Positions 1 to 16,072 of a DNA stretch of 64,000 nt are shown here, in pieces. Location of the stretch: NCBI RefSeq assembly GCF_009914755.1, contig NC_060930.1. One strand, 5' to 3'. Under the pieces are notes generated by a model, which saw nothing but the letters and a program-made list of their open reading frames with translations, did no database searches and was not told the origin of the DNA. A program made the translations under genes and the position numbers. This DNA comes from the human T2T-CHM13v2.0 reference genome, Homo sapiens. Position 1 is the first letter of the stretch; every line of letters starts with the position of its first letter.

Positions 1-290
1 ATGGAACCCATTTGTGGGGATTGCACTGTAGGAAAACAAACCCAGGAAGAGGGATTCCTCTCAACATTTCCCCTCTCTCCAGGGGAGAGTCACAGACACC
101 AAAATTGAAGGATACTAGCATCCAGGTTACACGTGTCTGCCTAAGTCTGTGCTTTTTGCTAAGTCTTAGCCTCTCTACAACTAGACTTCAAGTGGATGGG
201 CTCTAGCATTCCATCATGCTGTGCAGGTCTGAATCTTGCTGGTACATACAGCCTGTGCTCAAGCCAAAATCTGCTGTCAAAACAGTATCT

Positions 291-337
291 CTTCCAAGAA
301 CAAAGGTCTATTAAAAAAAAGAAAAGAAAAGAAAAAG
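291..337 (+). mobile_element. Micro-retroposed insert (22-nt unique + A-rich tail) with 12-bp TSD
   Basis: AAAACAGTATCT occurs at 279-290 and 338-349, flanking CTTCCAAGAACAAAGGTCTATT plus an A/GAAAA tail. Confidence 0.65.
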
Positions 338-898
338 AAAACAGTATCTTACTTGTACCCAAGTCAGCATCTCTGATCTGTCAAATGCTCCTTCTCCATT
401 ACCATGAATCAAATGACTCCACCATTACCATGGTGACAGAGGAGTGTAGGTGACATTGGTCTCCCATCAAATGTAAACCTGATCTATATCACAATTGTCT
501 TTGGCTGTGAGTATTCACCATAAGTATTCACCATAAGAATCCTCATAACAAGTACGGCTATTGTTTGTGGGAAAGAAAAGAACAGTGGAATGCAGCTTTG
601 TAGATAAGAATACAAAATATTTTAACGAAAATGTACCAGCTGTTCGACCCTCAGTATATATCACACAGACAATAAAATAAACACAATCAGCATTATTTAC
701 TCAGTGTGAATGACTCCTGGCTCTGGCACCCTGGCTGTTTAGTTGAGTTAAGCTGGCTTTAGCTGGGTTGTGTCTGCCAGGTTGCCTTCTGAAGGTAATG
801 GCTTATAAAACTGCATGAAAAAATCTTAAGGAGTAGCCTTATTTTTAAGGCAATAATCCTCACTAAGGAAAACTGTGTTAAATAGATTAGTGTAATGA

Positions 899-1268
<370 letters not shown>

Positions 1269-1704
1269 TTCCATTAATTGTTTCACGTTTATTTTTTGTG
1301 ACTTTTTCTGTACTGAATAGTAACATTTTGATGTGAAGGATTTCTGGATAGAAAGCAAAACAAACAAAAACTCAACTGGTTTAATTTCCCCAGAAGTGGT
1401 CTCAGATCACCTTTGTTACGCTTTTCTGTTCAGTAGGAATGTTCTGGCAGTGTGTTGAGTTGGCATATTTGGCTTCTGTTACAGTAGTGTATATATTCTA
1501 GGAGACTCATGAGTTCTCTGTGAGATTTTTATATTTTCTGTTTTAATTTATATCACATAAGAAAATTAATATTAGTGTATCTGAATGTTCTGACTACATA
1601 ATCACCAAATACTGCCACATGGTTTCAACGCCGGTACTAATTTGAATTTAATATATTAATTTGTTTTAATTTTATAGTTGTATAAAACAATAGTTATGCT
1701 TTAG

Positions 1705-2077
<373 letters not shown>

Positions 2078-2802
2078 ATTGCTAGTATTATTTCTATATT
2101 GTATATGAGAAAACAGTGACACAGAGTGGTAAAATTTAAGTAACAGAAAACTCAACTCAAAATTTCTTAAATGAGAATAGAGGTTTGTCTACTCACATCA
2201 TTGAAAAGTCCAGAGGTAGAGTGAGTTTCTGGTGTGGTTTGGCTGGGGCTCTGCCTCAGTTTCTTAGCAATGACTCTGGCCTGATTCTTTCTATGGGTCA
2301 GCTTTATTTTTTGGTAGGTGTTTCCTGGTTGGGTAACAAAATGGCTGCCTTTGTCTGTCAGGACCACATAGTTCCTCACCTACATCTAGGGAGAAAGAGT
2401 CACTTCTACAGCTACTACCGGCTTTACTGTGATTTGCAGTCACATGGTCTGGGAGATGCCCTGCACTGATTAGTTTAGGCTTGATGTCATCACTCTGCCC
2501 ATGAGGTTGGGGATTATCGTGATTGGGATTGCACTGCAAACCCATGGAGCTAGAGTCTACCCATGGAGTTTGAGGGCAATTTATTCCCACACGAACTACC
2601 TAGCTGCTACACAAGGATGGTCTGCTGAAATGGAGGTGAGGGTGGACGCAATCACAATTTCACCCTACTTAGGAAGTTGCCCAAGGTCATGTGGTTAATA
2701 AGTGGTAGCTGGGATGCCCATCCAGCAGAACCACTCCAAGGTCAGCAATCTTAACCACTATCCTATAGATCTAAATAACTTCACATTAAAAATTATTTGA
2801 GT

Positions 2803-2967
2803 GGCTGGGCACGGTGGCTCATGCCTGTAAACCCAGTACATTGGGAGGCTGAGGTGGGTGAATCACTTGAGGTCAGGGGTTTGAGACTGGTCTGGCCAAC
2901 ATGGTGAAACCCCGTCTCTACTAAAAATACAAAAATTAGCCGGGCGTGGTGGCAGGCACCTGTAATC
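2803..2967 (+). mobile_element. Partial Alu (left arm + start of right arm, no tail)
   Basis: Alu consensus from ggctgggcacggtggctc to cacctgtaatc, then an abrupt end. Confidence 0.9.
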
Positions 2968-3059
2968 ATCAAGTCCATTCAATACTCAATTTTAAGAAAG
3001 ACTATGGGAGAGAATATTTTATAAGAAGAAAGAGAAAAGATTAATAATCCTGTATCAGT

Positions 3060-3572
3060 TATCTATTATAATGAACAAATCATCCCCAAACTTAGTGGCT
3101 TATCTTTTATGGTTTCTGTGGGTCGGGAATTCAGGAAGGGCTTTGCCGGGTGTTTCAGGCTTCCATCTCCAGTGTGGTTGTGATCAGACAGTGGCTGGAG
3201 CTGGAACAGCTGGGGCTGGTCAGACATCTCTCTTTTATCACATCTTTCTTTTTTCACCAGGGACTCTGCATGTGGTTTCCCTGGAGGGGAGAGTTTGTGC
3301 TTCCTCCTAGCATGGAGGCCTTAGAGCAGGTAGATGGTTGACATTGTGACTCAGACCTCCAAAGGCAGGAAGTCCAAGAAAACCAGGGAAAGCCGTAACA
3401 TTTTTTGCAAACCAGTCTCAAAAGTCATACAACATCCCTTTCATCACTTACAAGCCTACCCAGACTCAAGAGATTTCACCTCTCTGTGGGAGGGCTGTCA
3501 AAGTCACATTGCAAGAAGAACATGTGGGATGTGAGATAATTGTGGCCATATTTGGAAAATACAATCTGCCAC
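3060..3572. mobile_element. MaLR LTR (MLT1-family)
   Basis: Typical MLT1 motifs (ccccaaacttagtggctt ... tggccatatttggaaaatacaatctgccaca). Confidence 0.65.
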
Positions 3573-3842
3573 AATTTCTGTACTTCTGTTATTGATGGGT
3601 TCTCATGATCTTTAAAACAGAATTAACACCTAATGAGTAGCCTAGACAGTTGCTTACGGACACCCTATTGCTTGCTTTCAAATTTCAAGTGAAATCTTTA
3701 AAACATGGTTTCAAAGGATTGTAGTAATTTCTTCCCCACCACAGTCATGTCACGCCAAAATGTACTTCTGTGTACCATTTTCAACTGCGAAACTTTGTTT
3801 CTTATGTTTGCAATTTAGAAAAGAATAACATTGGGAGGTTGG

Positions 3843-4609
<767 letters not shown>

Positions 4610-4879
4610 GTTGGAAATAGAAATAGAAGATAAAGTGAATGGCAGACCAGGAAGAGAGGTTTTTTTCACTAAAACTTGGGAGAAAAAAAAGGAAGGGAAA
4701 GAAAGTTTAATCTGGGATTTAAAATCTGTCCATGGGTTGGAGGGAGCTGAGACATTAATCAGAGGAGCTGACAGCTCCAAATTAGTCTTGAAGTGATGCT
4801 GGGCAAGTCAAGGCTGCATAACTCTGAGTATTGGGAAAGGATGTTAAGAACGTGTACTCACCCATGCTGCGGGAGAATA

Positions 4880-5230
4880 AGAAATACCTACTCAACCATG
4901 CTGCTGTTGTGCTCTGGGGCCAGTATGAAGTACAAGTGTGACTTACACACAAGCACTGCAATGTTACCACTGTCTATCTGAGAACCTGGGAGGCTGGTAA
5001 GCGATTAATAGGTGGGTACTGAGGACTGCATGGATCTGCTTAACAAAGGATGACTCCTGGCCCAGGCAGGATGGCTCGAAATTTCATCATGCTGCTTAGA
5101 ACGGTGTGCAATTTAAAACTTAGAAACTGTTTATTTCTGGAATTTTCCATTTAATATTTAAAAACTGCGGTTGACTCTGGGTAAATGAAACCACAGAAAG
5201 CAAAACTGCAGATAAGGGAGGACTACTGTA
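4880..5230. mobile_element. Tigger2-family DNA transposon fragment
   Basis: End motif gaaaccacagaaagcaaaactgcagataagggaggactactgta resembles the Tigger2/MER8 terminus. Confidence 0.7.
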
Positions 5231-5605
5231 TTTGCATACAATGGAATATTATTCAGCTATAAAAATAGAAGGGAATCCTGTCCTAATCTACAGCATGGAT
5301 GAACCTGGAGAACGTTATGCAAAGTGTAACGAACCACTCACAGAAGAACAACTACTGCATGATTCCACATATATAGGGTGTCTAAAGTAGTCAGCCTCAT
5401 GGAAACAAGAAGAATGGTGGTTACCAGAGGCTGGGGAGAGGGGGAAATGGAAGCTGTTATTCAGTGAGTATAGCGTTTCAGTCATCCACGATGAAAACAC
5501 TCTAGAGATCTGCTGGACAATATTGTGTCTACAGTTACCAATACTTAGAAATGTATCAAGACGGTGGATTTTATGATATGTGTGTTTCACCACAATAAAA
5601 ACATC
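5231..5605 (+). mobile_element. Old L1M 3' end
   Basis: caatggaatattattcagc ... catggatgaacctggag ... cacaataaaa. Confidence 0.8.
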
Positions 5606-6678
5606 ATTGGTCATTTATTTACCCCATATGTTGCCTTTCTGCTTATTTTTTGTGAATATAAAATGTTATAATGATATTCATATGTTTCCTTGTAATTTCT
5701 CCCTTCCCACCTTATTTTTGCCTTAGCATTTCTCAAAATTAAGCCATACCCTGAGGCTCTTAGAAAACTAGCTCTCTGTGTCAACTAAACACAAAAGGGA
5801 AAAAGATAAAGAAAAGTAGCTCTTACCCCATCTCACAGGGATGAGGTGCTGCACTAATGCCAGCTTCTTGTGGGTAACTATATGTGGCTGTAATTTTTTT
5901 AAATTTAATGAATAGTGCATCTGAGTCTATAATGTGACCAATTTTCTAAAAGAGTTGGTTGTAGAAAACATGGAATTAAGTGGGAGCTCTTTTAATTAAT
6001 TGCTTTCATGGTTGGTTACTCCTTCATTGCTTGTGTTTACAACCAATTTCCAGAAATAATTTTTGCACTTCAACGTGAGCACACAAGGTCAGGAGAGTGA
6101 CTCAAAAATATAAGCCTGCAAAGGCAGAATATCAATACCATTAAAGAGATTTCATGTCTTAGAAAAAGGCTTCTGATTAAAGTGATTTATCCTTTTTTTA
6201 GTACCTAATGCTTTAAAAAAATCTACCGTTCACTTCTCCACAATAGAATAAAAAACATAATTTTAGAACATGAGAAACTTTTTGACATTTTCAGAATAGA
6301 CCAGTGACCAAGAACTTTCTGAACCGGAAAGTTTGTCTCCAATTTTATAGATTTTCCCTTCCTTTGAAAATGGATCTTATCATCTATAGCAGGGCTTTGT
6401 AGTTTTGAAAAAATATAATTATCCAAACTATTTTCTAGGTCAAGAATTATTAACAAGGAACCACTGAGGATGGCTAGAATGCATTTCAGGTTTTTAGGCC
6501 CACAAGGATAATCTAGACCCACAAGGATAATCCATTCCTATCTCTTTTCTTTTTCAAACAAAGAAAAGTGGACACTTAGTCTGGGGCCTTATCTGACAAT
6601 GCAATAGAATACTGGAAATTCAGATTAGAAACCAGGGAACCTGGCACACTTGGTTGCAGTAATTGTGATCTTGGCTTC

Positions 6679-7072
6679 TGTATTAGTCAGCTTGTGCTGC
6701 TATAACAAAGTGCCACAGACTGGGTGGTGGCTGAAACAACAGAAGTTTGTTTCTCACAGTTCTGGAGGCTAGAAGGCTGATCTCAAAAACTACTGTCTGA
6801 TCTGGTTGCTGTGAGAGCTCTCTCCCTGGCCTGCGGACAGCTGTCTTCTCACTCTGTCCTCACAGGGGCTTTCCTCCGGGCATGCACGAGGAGAGAGGGC
6901 TCTCGGGCTTTTTCCTCTTCTTATAAGGGAACTAATCCAATCTTTAGGGTCCCACTCTCATGGCCTCATCTAACCCTAATCCCTGTCTGAAGTCCCTGTC
7001 TCCAGATTCCATCACGCTGGGGGCCAGGGCTTCAATATATGAATTTTGGGAGACACCATTCAATTCATAGCA
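6679..7072. mobile_element. MLT1A/MSTD-like MaLR LTR
   Basis: tgtattagtc...ctcacagttctggaggctag...ggagacaccattcaattcatagca. Confidence 0.8.
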
Positions 7073-7387
7073 GCCTCCTTTATTACCTTTTTTTCTGGAA
7101 TATATTCTAAGCTCTCAGAGTATCTTCTCAGCATCTTGGTTTTAATATCTGAAAAAATGAATCTTACTAGCAACTTCTCAGGAATGTCAAAGTTTATTTA
7201 GAAAATAATTGCATGTTATAAAAGACCAAATCTATTCTGATGCCTTAGATGTAAAAGTAAACCTGAGGAATATTTTCATGATTGTTATCAGTTTGATTGG
7301 GAAATTGTTGCTACAAACACTCATTCTTGTTATCATTCCCTTTAACTCATGGGGTCCCCTTGGTGTAGTAGATAGAATGAACTGTAG

Positions 7388-7734
<347 letters not shown>

Positions 7735-8084
7735 TCTTTCCACCTTTAAGAAGTCCCTTCCCTCTATAATATTGGGGAAAGAGGGGTGGATGTCTCCCAT
7801 CTGCTCTCATTTGACCTCTCAGAGTTATATTCTCACCTTTTCAACTTTACGCTTCACTTCCTTCACTGCTGGTCTCAGTCTGGAACCCACTGACTACAGT
7901 GCCCTTGCTCTTTGCATATGCACGTGTGTGTGTATGTGTGCCTATGGGTGTACATGTGCATGTGTGTGCACAAGCATGTATGTGAAACGATGCTGATTAA
8001 ACAGGATGATTATCCAATACCAATCAACTTGGATAATCTGATTATCCAAGGAAGCTCAGAGGAATGTATTGACTCACATGAAAA

Positions 8085-8532
8085 GTAGTACAAAGGTTCT
8101 TTATCACTGGAGTCTAGTGAGAAAGAACAGTCGCATGAGTCAGGCAAAGCAACTTTATTACTCACAGATAGGTGGTGAGGATAAACAGAAGCCTAGGATC
8201 CACGGCAAGCCAGTTCCCCCAGGCTCAGGGGGGCTGCCCTGGGTGGCTGGAGTCTTGTCTGCACATGACCCATGTTGCATTGCAGCTAAGGGACCGCAAA
8301 AGCACTCCACTCTGAGTTTTATGCCCTTGGTGGAACTTGGATCACTGAGTTCAAGTACTGCAGGCCATCCTGTTCTAGGAGGGATGAGGACATAGCCCAG
8401 GCAGTTCTGGACAGTTGCCCCTTACCTTAGGATGTTGCGGTCTCTGTATATTCTACAGTTATTCCAAGAACTACCAGCAGGAGTAGGGAGAGCCGGGTAG
8501 TACAAAGCCATCTGGGCACCTGTCCTCCTGTA
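8085..8532. mobile_element. Probable ERV/ERVL solo LTR (family uncertain)
   Basis: LTR-like composition with a reverse poly(A) signal (actttattactcaca); family not securely recognised. Confidence 0.4.
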
Positions 8533-9118
8533 GATAGAAAACACAGGGTTACCCAAAACTCAGGCTCTGTCTTTTACCTCTTTCTTTCTACATGCCATCG
8601 TTCTCCTAAACTGTTTCACTCCATAGGATTAAAATTACAGCTGCTGGCAGCATTGGGCACAATCTTCCCAGCTTTCCCACCTGATAGGAAAGAGCTTCTT
8701 CCAGCTTTAGCTGAAAAAACCTGGGCAAGGGTTCTCATTGGCCTGGCTTGCCTCCTGGGTCAGCTTGACGAGCCTAGCTAGGGCCAAAAGCCTCCTCTGG
8801 ACGCATGTGGTCATGGGAGTGGTCCCCTGCAGCTGGCACATGGATCACCTGCTACAGTGAGGCCATTTCACCAAAGAAAGGAAGGTAAAGATACAACCAC
8901 CATGTGGATGTGAGCTGGGCAGTCACCCTCACTTCTCAGTTTCTGCTCTAGTGGGACAGGTTTTGCAGCCCTCTTTTGGCTCTGCAGAGGTCCTCTTTAC
9001 AGCCCACCACACATAGCTACATGGGTAGATAGGATTTACTGAAGGACTGGGGAAAACTAAAGGGAATGACAACACATAGTGGGAAGAACTGCAAACCATA
9101 AGCTGGCAGTGCCCATAG

Positions 9119-9483
<365 letters not shown>

Positions 9484-9797
9484 TGTTGTTGTTGTTGTTG
9501 TTGTTGTTGAGACAGAGTTTTGCTCTTGTTGCCCAAGCTGGAGCGCAGTGGCACAATCTTGGCTCACTGCAACCTCTGCCTCCCGGGTTCAGCGATTCTC
9601 CTGCCTTAGCCTCCAGAGTAGCTGGGATTACAGGCGCCACCACCCCCCGACTATGCCTGGCTAATTTTTGTATTTTTGGTAGAGATGGGGTTTCGCCATG
9701 TTGGCCAGGCTGGTCTTGAACTCCTGACATCAGGCGATCTGCCTGCCTTCGCCTCTCAAAGTGTTGGGATTACAGATGTGAACCACCGCGCCCAGCC
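9484..9797 (-). mobile_element. Alu (AluS) with (GTT)n tail, abutting the previous Alu
   Basis: Alu consensus; microsatellite tail at 9484-9509. Confidence 0.93.
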
Positions 9798-10167
9798 TGA
9801 GGTACCCAGTTTCTGCCCTCAGGCCCTCAAGCCTCTGTGCCATGCACCTCCACCCTCTAAGCTCCAACTTGACTCTCCTGCCATTTGGGAAACCTTGTCA
9901 CATGCATTGTTATGCCCCAGCATACACCTTCCTCCTCCCAGCAGAACTTCTGCAAAGTCTCAGCAAGTCAGTCTGGAAATAGCATCCCAGTAGCTCAGGG
10001 AGGGACAGGCTGTGGTGGCCTCTGCCATCCAAGTTCTGCAGAATTGTGCAGGCGATGGACTTTGGTTTTACTGCTCCTGAATATGCTGTGTCAGACTCTC
10101 CTATGAGACTGCCTGGCAGACTTGTTTATGCCCTGCCTAACAGTGTGAGTTGCAGATGTGGATATGG

Positions 10168-10497
10168 TCAGCTCTCCATATCCGTGGGTTCCACGTGCAT
10201 TGATTCAACCAATTGCAGATTGAAAATATTTTTAAGAATCGTGTCTGTATGAAACATGTACATTTTTTTCCTTGTCATTATTCCATAAACAATATAGTAT
10301 GCCAACTATTTTCATAGCATTTACTTTGCATTAGGTATCACAAGTAAACTAGAGAGGATTTAAAGTATATGAGAGGATGTGCATAGGTTATATGCAAATA
10401 CCATGCCATTTTATATCAGAGACTTGAACATCTGTGAATTCTGGCATCCTTCGGGGGGCCATGAACCAATCTTCAGTGGATACTGGAGATAATTGTA
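10168..10497 (-). mobile_element. MER2 (TcMar-Tigger) element
   Basis: catatccgtgggttccac..gattcaaccaattgcagattgaaaatat ... gtggatactggagataattgta. Confidence 0.75.
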
Positions 10498-10736
10498 TTT
10501 ATTTTCCTGTCTAGCAGAGAGAAAGAGATCAATACTTTCCTCACAGTTCCATCACTGCAAGTCCTACTTACTCACAATAGGATTCTGTTCACCTTGCATT
10601 TTAAATTGTCTCCCTGTGGGTCTGTTGGGGATAATAAACAGGCCCATTGCTCAGCCACACACAGTGGCTGTTCCTTGGCTATTAAGAATACCTTGCCAAG
10701 TCACTGAGCTTTCTGCTGAGAGGATTAACTTCTTAG

Positions 10737-11252
<516 letters not shown>

Positions 11253-11789
11253 TAAGTAATGTTTTAAATTACTTTCTATTAAGCAAAATAGATTTTCTGA
11301 AAAGATATGCCATATTTATCTTTTGATTCTATTATTCTCTAGCTGTGAGTTCTTCTTGGCATTGAGCTTGAGCATGAACATACGGAATTACAACCTGACT
11401 ACCCACCACCCGCAACCCCAATCCTCTGGAGCAACTTTGAGAGCTTGAGCCTTTGTAAAATTGCATCTTTGGAACACACAACCATATCCAGCTCTTAGAG
11501 GGTGACAAACAGAAAAGAACTTTCCAGACAAGGTCAGGACAGTCAGAGACACTGCAATGCCCTGTGGCATATGCAACATCCATGCCTTCTTTCAACAACT
11601 TCCTTCCTGATTGGGACCTTGGCATCATGTACTCACTGGCCTCAGGTGAATCACTCATTTATTGAGTTCTCAGCTGAGTGCAGCAGCACCAGCTCCAGGT
11701 CAACCTGAATGTTATTTAGAAAGCCAGGGATAGAGATCCTGGGCTGGGTGTATGTGTGAGTCAGGACGTCCCCATGCCTCTGGATCCGG

Positions 11790-12290
11790 TTGATGTGCCT
11801 TACTGCCCAGCATCCATTCACTCTTCTCTCATAACCACACCCCAATATCCTTCTGGGGAACCACCCCTAATGCACTTCCATTCTATCTCCTTCAGGTGGC
11901 CTTGGCTTCTTCGGGGTGTGGAACATATGACTGAGGTCTGAGCAATCAGGATATTTCAGTTCCCAACCAGGGACTGAATATGACACAAGCAGGGCAAATA
12001 AAGTAAAATCCTATTGAGCTTAAAACCTAAAAGATACACAATCTAGATCTTCTGTAGAAATCTCAGGATCAGGAAGACAGACTCTCTGAAAATAAGGCCA
12101 AAACACAGAATAGGCCATGGCTAATTGACCATGTGCTGAAGAGAAGCTGGGTCCTGGTTAACAGGGGTTGGTTGCAGCAAACTACCCTTGAACCCAATGC
12201 TACCCCTGAACTTTTCTGTTATCTTAGCTAGTAAATTACATTTTTCCAAAGGCCTAGTTGGGTTGGATTTTTGGTCTTTTGGAACCAAAT
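11790..12290. mobile_element. Old MLT1-family LTR
   Basis: cccagcatccattcactcttc... ctacccctgaacttttc...gttggatttttggtc motifs. Confidence 0.5.
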
Positions 12291-12779
12291 GAATTCTAAC
12301 TATATGTTCCATGTAAGCATGGCTCTTGCTTCCATGGGCTATGGAAGAAAATGGGGAGGGGGGAGCCTCCCAGGGCATCCAGGCTGCCTAACCAAGGATG
12401 AAAGTCCAACGCCAGGCAGTAATTCAGTCTTGTTATTCTTGTTGAGCAGGCCATGACATGTGCTCTGGATTGGTGAATACTGTAAATTTTTCTCGTTCTT
12501 GCCTTTCCCAAGTGGTGGCTTTATGGCCATTCTCTTGTTCTCTCTCCACCATGGTACATTGAATGAATCAGGGGTTGTCAAAATTATTATGAGGCATGAT
12601 ATTTTGCCTTGACTGACAAAATTGCATATCATCCAGAGATCTTAGGCTTGATGCTGGATTAGACTTGGATGATTTTTTTTTTGGACAAGTAGGGAGTTTA
12701 TTTTAAGTAAGTACAGAAACTTGCAAGGTGTGGAAGGAAGGATGTATGTGTATGTGTGTTCCAGGAAGCCAAAAGAGGG

Positions 12780-13290
12780 GATGTAATGGATTTCAGTTGT
12801 ATTTTGCCACCCAGTCAGTATTTACTCTTATTCTGACAACTCCATGTGATTTCCCCTGGGGAGGTCACCTCATCCTGATTCCCTCGATGATACATTCATA
12901 TCTAGATGTGGAACATCCAATTTGGTATCTACATGTGACCCAAAGAAAGCCAAAGATACACCGTGGGGCTTTTTCTAAACTCTCTGGGAAAGATATTCTT
13001 GCTCTTTCTAGTTGGAATTGAAGCTTAAAGAAGAGAAGATCTGGAATGACTATAGCCATCTTATGACCACAGAGAGAGAACTTACTTGAGTATAAAGCTG
13101 ACCATAAGGAGGACAGCAGATCGATCTGAGCCAAAAGATGGCGTTGTGATATTTTAAATCTATGCCTTATAGTACCCGAAGTCAATTCCATCCTTAGACT
13201 TTTCAGGTAAATGAGGCCACCCTTTCCAATTTATCAAAATATATTTTCTGCTGGGTTTTCTGCCATTTTCAACTGGAAGAGTCCCATCTG
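12780..13290. mobile_element. Old MLT1-family LTR
   Basis: tagccatcttatgaccac ... cttagacttttcaggtaaatgagg ... gggttttctgccattttcaac. Confidence 0.5.
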
Positions 13291-13319
13291 ATATCCTGGA
13301 CAAGTACCACACTCCTGGA

Positions 13320-13760
13320 GATGATGTCCTGAAAGAAGAGCTTGCTCACTTGAGAGCAGGTAGTTTATTTGGAAGATAATCCCTGGAAGTAGAAATGAGG
13401 GGGTAGGGAGAGTAAGACAAGAAGGATCAACCCTTCTGGGGATGTTCTGTGTAGAATGTAACTCAAAATTGTCCCACCAGGAGAGAGGGAGCCTCTGACA
13501 TTTATACACTGGCCCCTGTCCCTGTTATTTGAGGGCTGCTTTCAAAGGTCTTAACTCCAGTGTATGGATTGCAAATAACTGAAGCAAAGCTGATTACAAT
13601 AGTTTTTGGGAAAGCTCTGAGCCAGCAAAGCAGAAGGACCCTGAGAAATGCACTTGGTTTGAGTCACTGGCAGCACACACACGTCACAGTTGCACAGTTG
13701 AACTAGACAAACCAAAAGGAAGGGACATGGTGTGCCACAGGCATCAGCTATAGAATCTAC
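13320..13760. mobile_element. LTR33-like ERVL LTR
   Basis: gcaggtagtttatttggaagataatccctggaag...gggagagtaagacaagaagg. Confidence 0.55.
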
Positions 13761-15741
13761 TTCTGATTCATCCCTTTCAAATTTCTCCAACAACAGACTT
13801 AAAATTTTTTTTTTTCTAAGAATTGAAAGACCTACTTACCTCACTTTTGGGCTTGACTATTCCAATGGAATGCTTCCACATCTTCAAACTGATATCTCTA
13901 ATACCATGGTGGTGAAGCAGGCCTTCATAAGAGGACTCCCAAAAATGTACCGCTCCCAGGCCTACTTCTCAAAGATGCTGGTTTGATTAAGGTAAATATA
14001 TCGGTGGGATATGAGACATTTATAAAAATCAAAAATCTTCTAGCAGTGACAACCCAAATTTGGATGAGTCCAGGGCTCAATGACCATGGAATCTGACTAT
14101 CTGTATCTGAAGAAGCTGAGACAAGCCAAGACAGCCAACACTCCCATGAGATGAAGTGAGTTCTGTTCTTGAAAGACTTGCCTTCCAAATCTAATCTGTG
14201 CTACTGTAAGCTGGAAACCAGGTCAAGAGCCATCACAACAGAATGTGGGGAGGTAACTGTAGGCTTTTGGCTTAGGCTCCGTCCCTCTGGAATAATAACA
14301 TGTAATGAATGTCTCTTCCCAGCAGTCTGAAAATAATCGTGTGTGCCTATGCATCAAATAATTAATCAATAAGTTAAAAATATTTTTATGGCTAACTTGA
14401 CTCACAGCTGGTTTACCAATCAGATAGATTTGTTTCTATCTTGTCCTTGAGATAAGTCTGAGAGGGGAGCGGGATGAAATCTGTGCATGAAATGATGAGA
14501 TCATGACTTCAATTGTATGAGCCTCAAGGCCTCTAAACTACCAGGCTGTAATTTACCTAACTCCGGGGTGTGAAAGTCTGCCTTGGGTAAATGGCCAGTG
14601 GGATAGCAGACAGGGAGTAGACTGGGTACATGTGTGCATGTGTGTGTGTGTTATTAAGGCTGGATGTTCCTCTGGGCAGACCTATCAGGCTGCCTCCTAC
14701 CCAGCTGATGGTGAAGATAATGTCTCATTGGCAGCCAAGCCTTCGCAGATGTTACTGTCAAAGTAGAGATGCAGCCACTTAGTGGTATCTTCTTTCTTCC
14801 CTCCTCTTTGCTGGTTTCAATGCTTTTGCTTTTAAATGGCCTCAGTAAAAGTGAAAGCAATCACATCCTGCCATGAGAGTTGTTTTGTCTTTAGTCAAAA
14901 ATACTTTGTGGTGAAGTAGAAGCACATGGCACCTCTTGTAGGATTAAGTTACTCCCTTTCTCTGTCCCTTCTGAACAGGGAGCAGGAGGAGGTCCTACTT
15001 CAGTCTAAAAGATCTCTAAACTCCCTGCCCCCAAATTTTAGACATTCATCTCACCATTTCAAGTCCTGAGAATATTCTTCTATAGCCCCCAAAGGAGCCA
15101 ACATTTAGGAAGGGATTGTTTGGCCAGATAATCAGTTAATATATCCAGGGAAAGAAAAGCCTAAGCTTCAGAGTTGCAGTTCTGCTGTGATATGATGCTA
15201 CTCGGCAAAATATTGATTGTGGCTTGCAGAGCTTTCTGGAAGCTCCACATCTGGGATGATGCCCTGTGTTACAGTAACTGTGACATTTTCATCTAGGACA
15301 ATGGAAGACCCAGAGAGCCTCATTCCTGAATCCTCAACTCTCTTGGGAAACATCCACCAGGATTTCACGCTACTTCCTGAACCCGCGAGAGTATTCAGCA
15401 ATGTCAGGCCACCTTCCAATGATGGCTTATATCATCACTGGCTTCTACCCAGTCCAGCCTCATCACCTGTAAATAAATATAAGATTCTTTTTCAAAGAGC
15501 TCTCCAGCCATCCTATTATGGCCTGCAGTTTATATTCTAGCTCTGGAAAGTTTTGTCCAAATTCTATCATGTCTTCAAATATATTCTGGAAGAGTATTTC
15601 AATAGCTCTATTAATAATAGAAATTGGACAGAATCTCTGTAACAGAAAATCTTGTGGGCCAACCAGGAATAGCTGCAGCACATTCTTCAGGGCACTAAGA
15701 AGCTGTTCGGAGCATGAGGCTCCAGAAAACAGGAGAGATGA

Positions 15742-16072
<331 letters not shown>

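Noticed and set aside
150-300. cGAS/Mab-21-like pattern W-x-L-x-F-x-H...KICCQN
   Set aside because: Spacing is off and an unrelated family fits equally well by eye; not supportable without a search.
6499-6532. Short tandem duplication cccacaaggataatc (also 511-537 and 25411-25446)
   Set aside because: Ordinary slippage duplications with no further structure.
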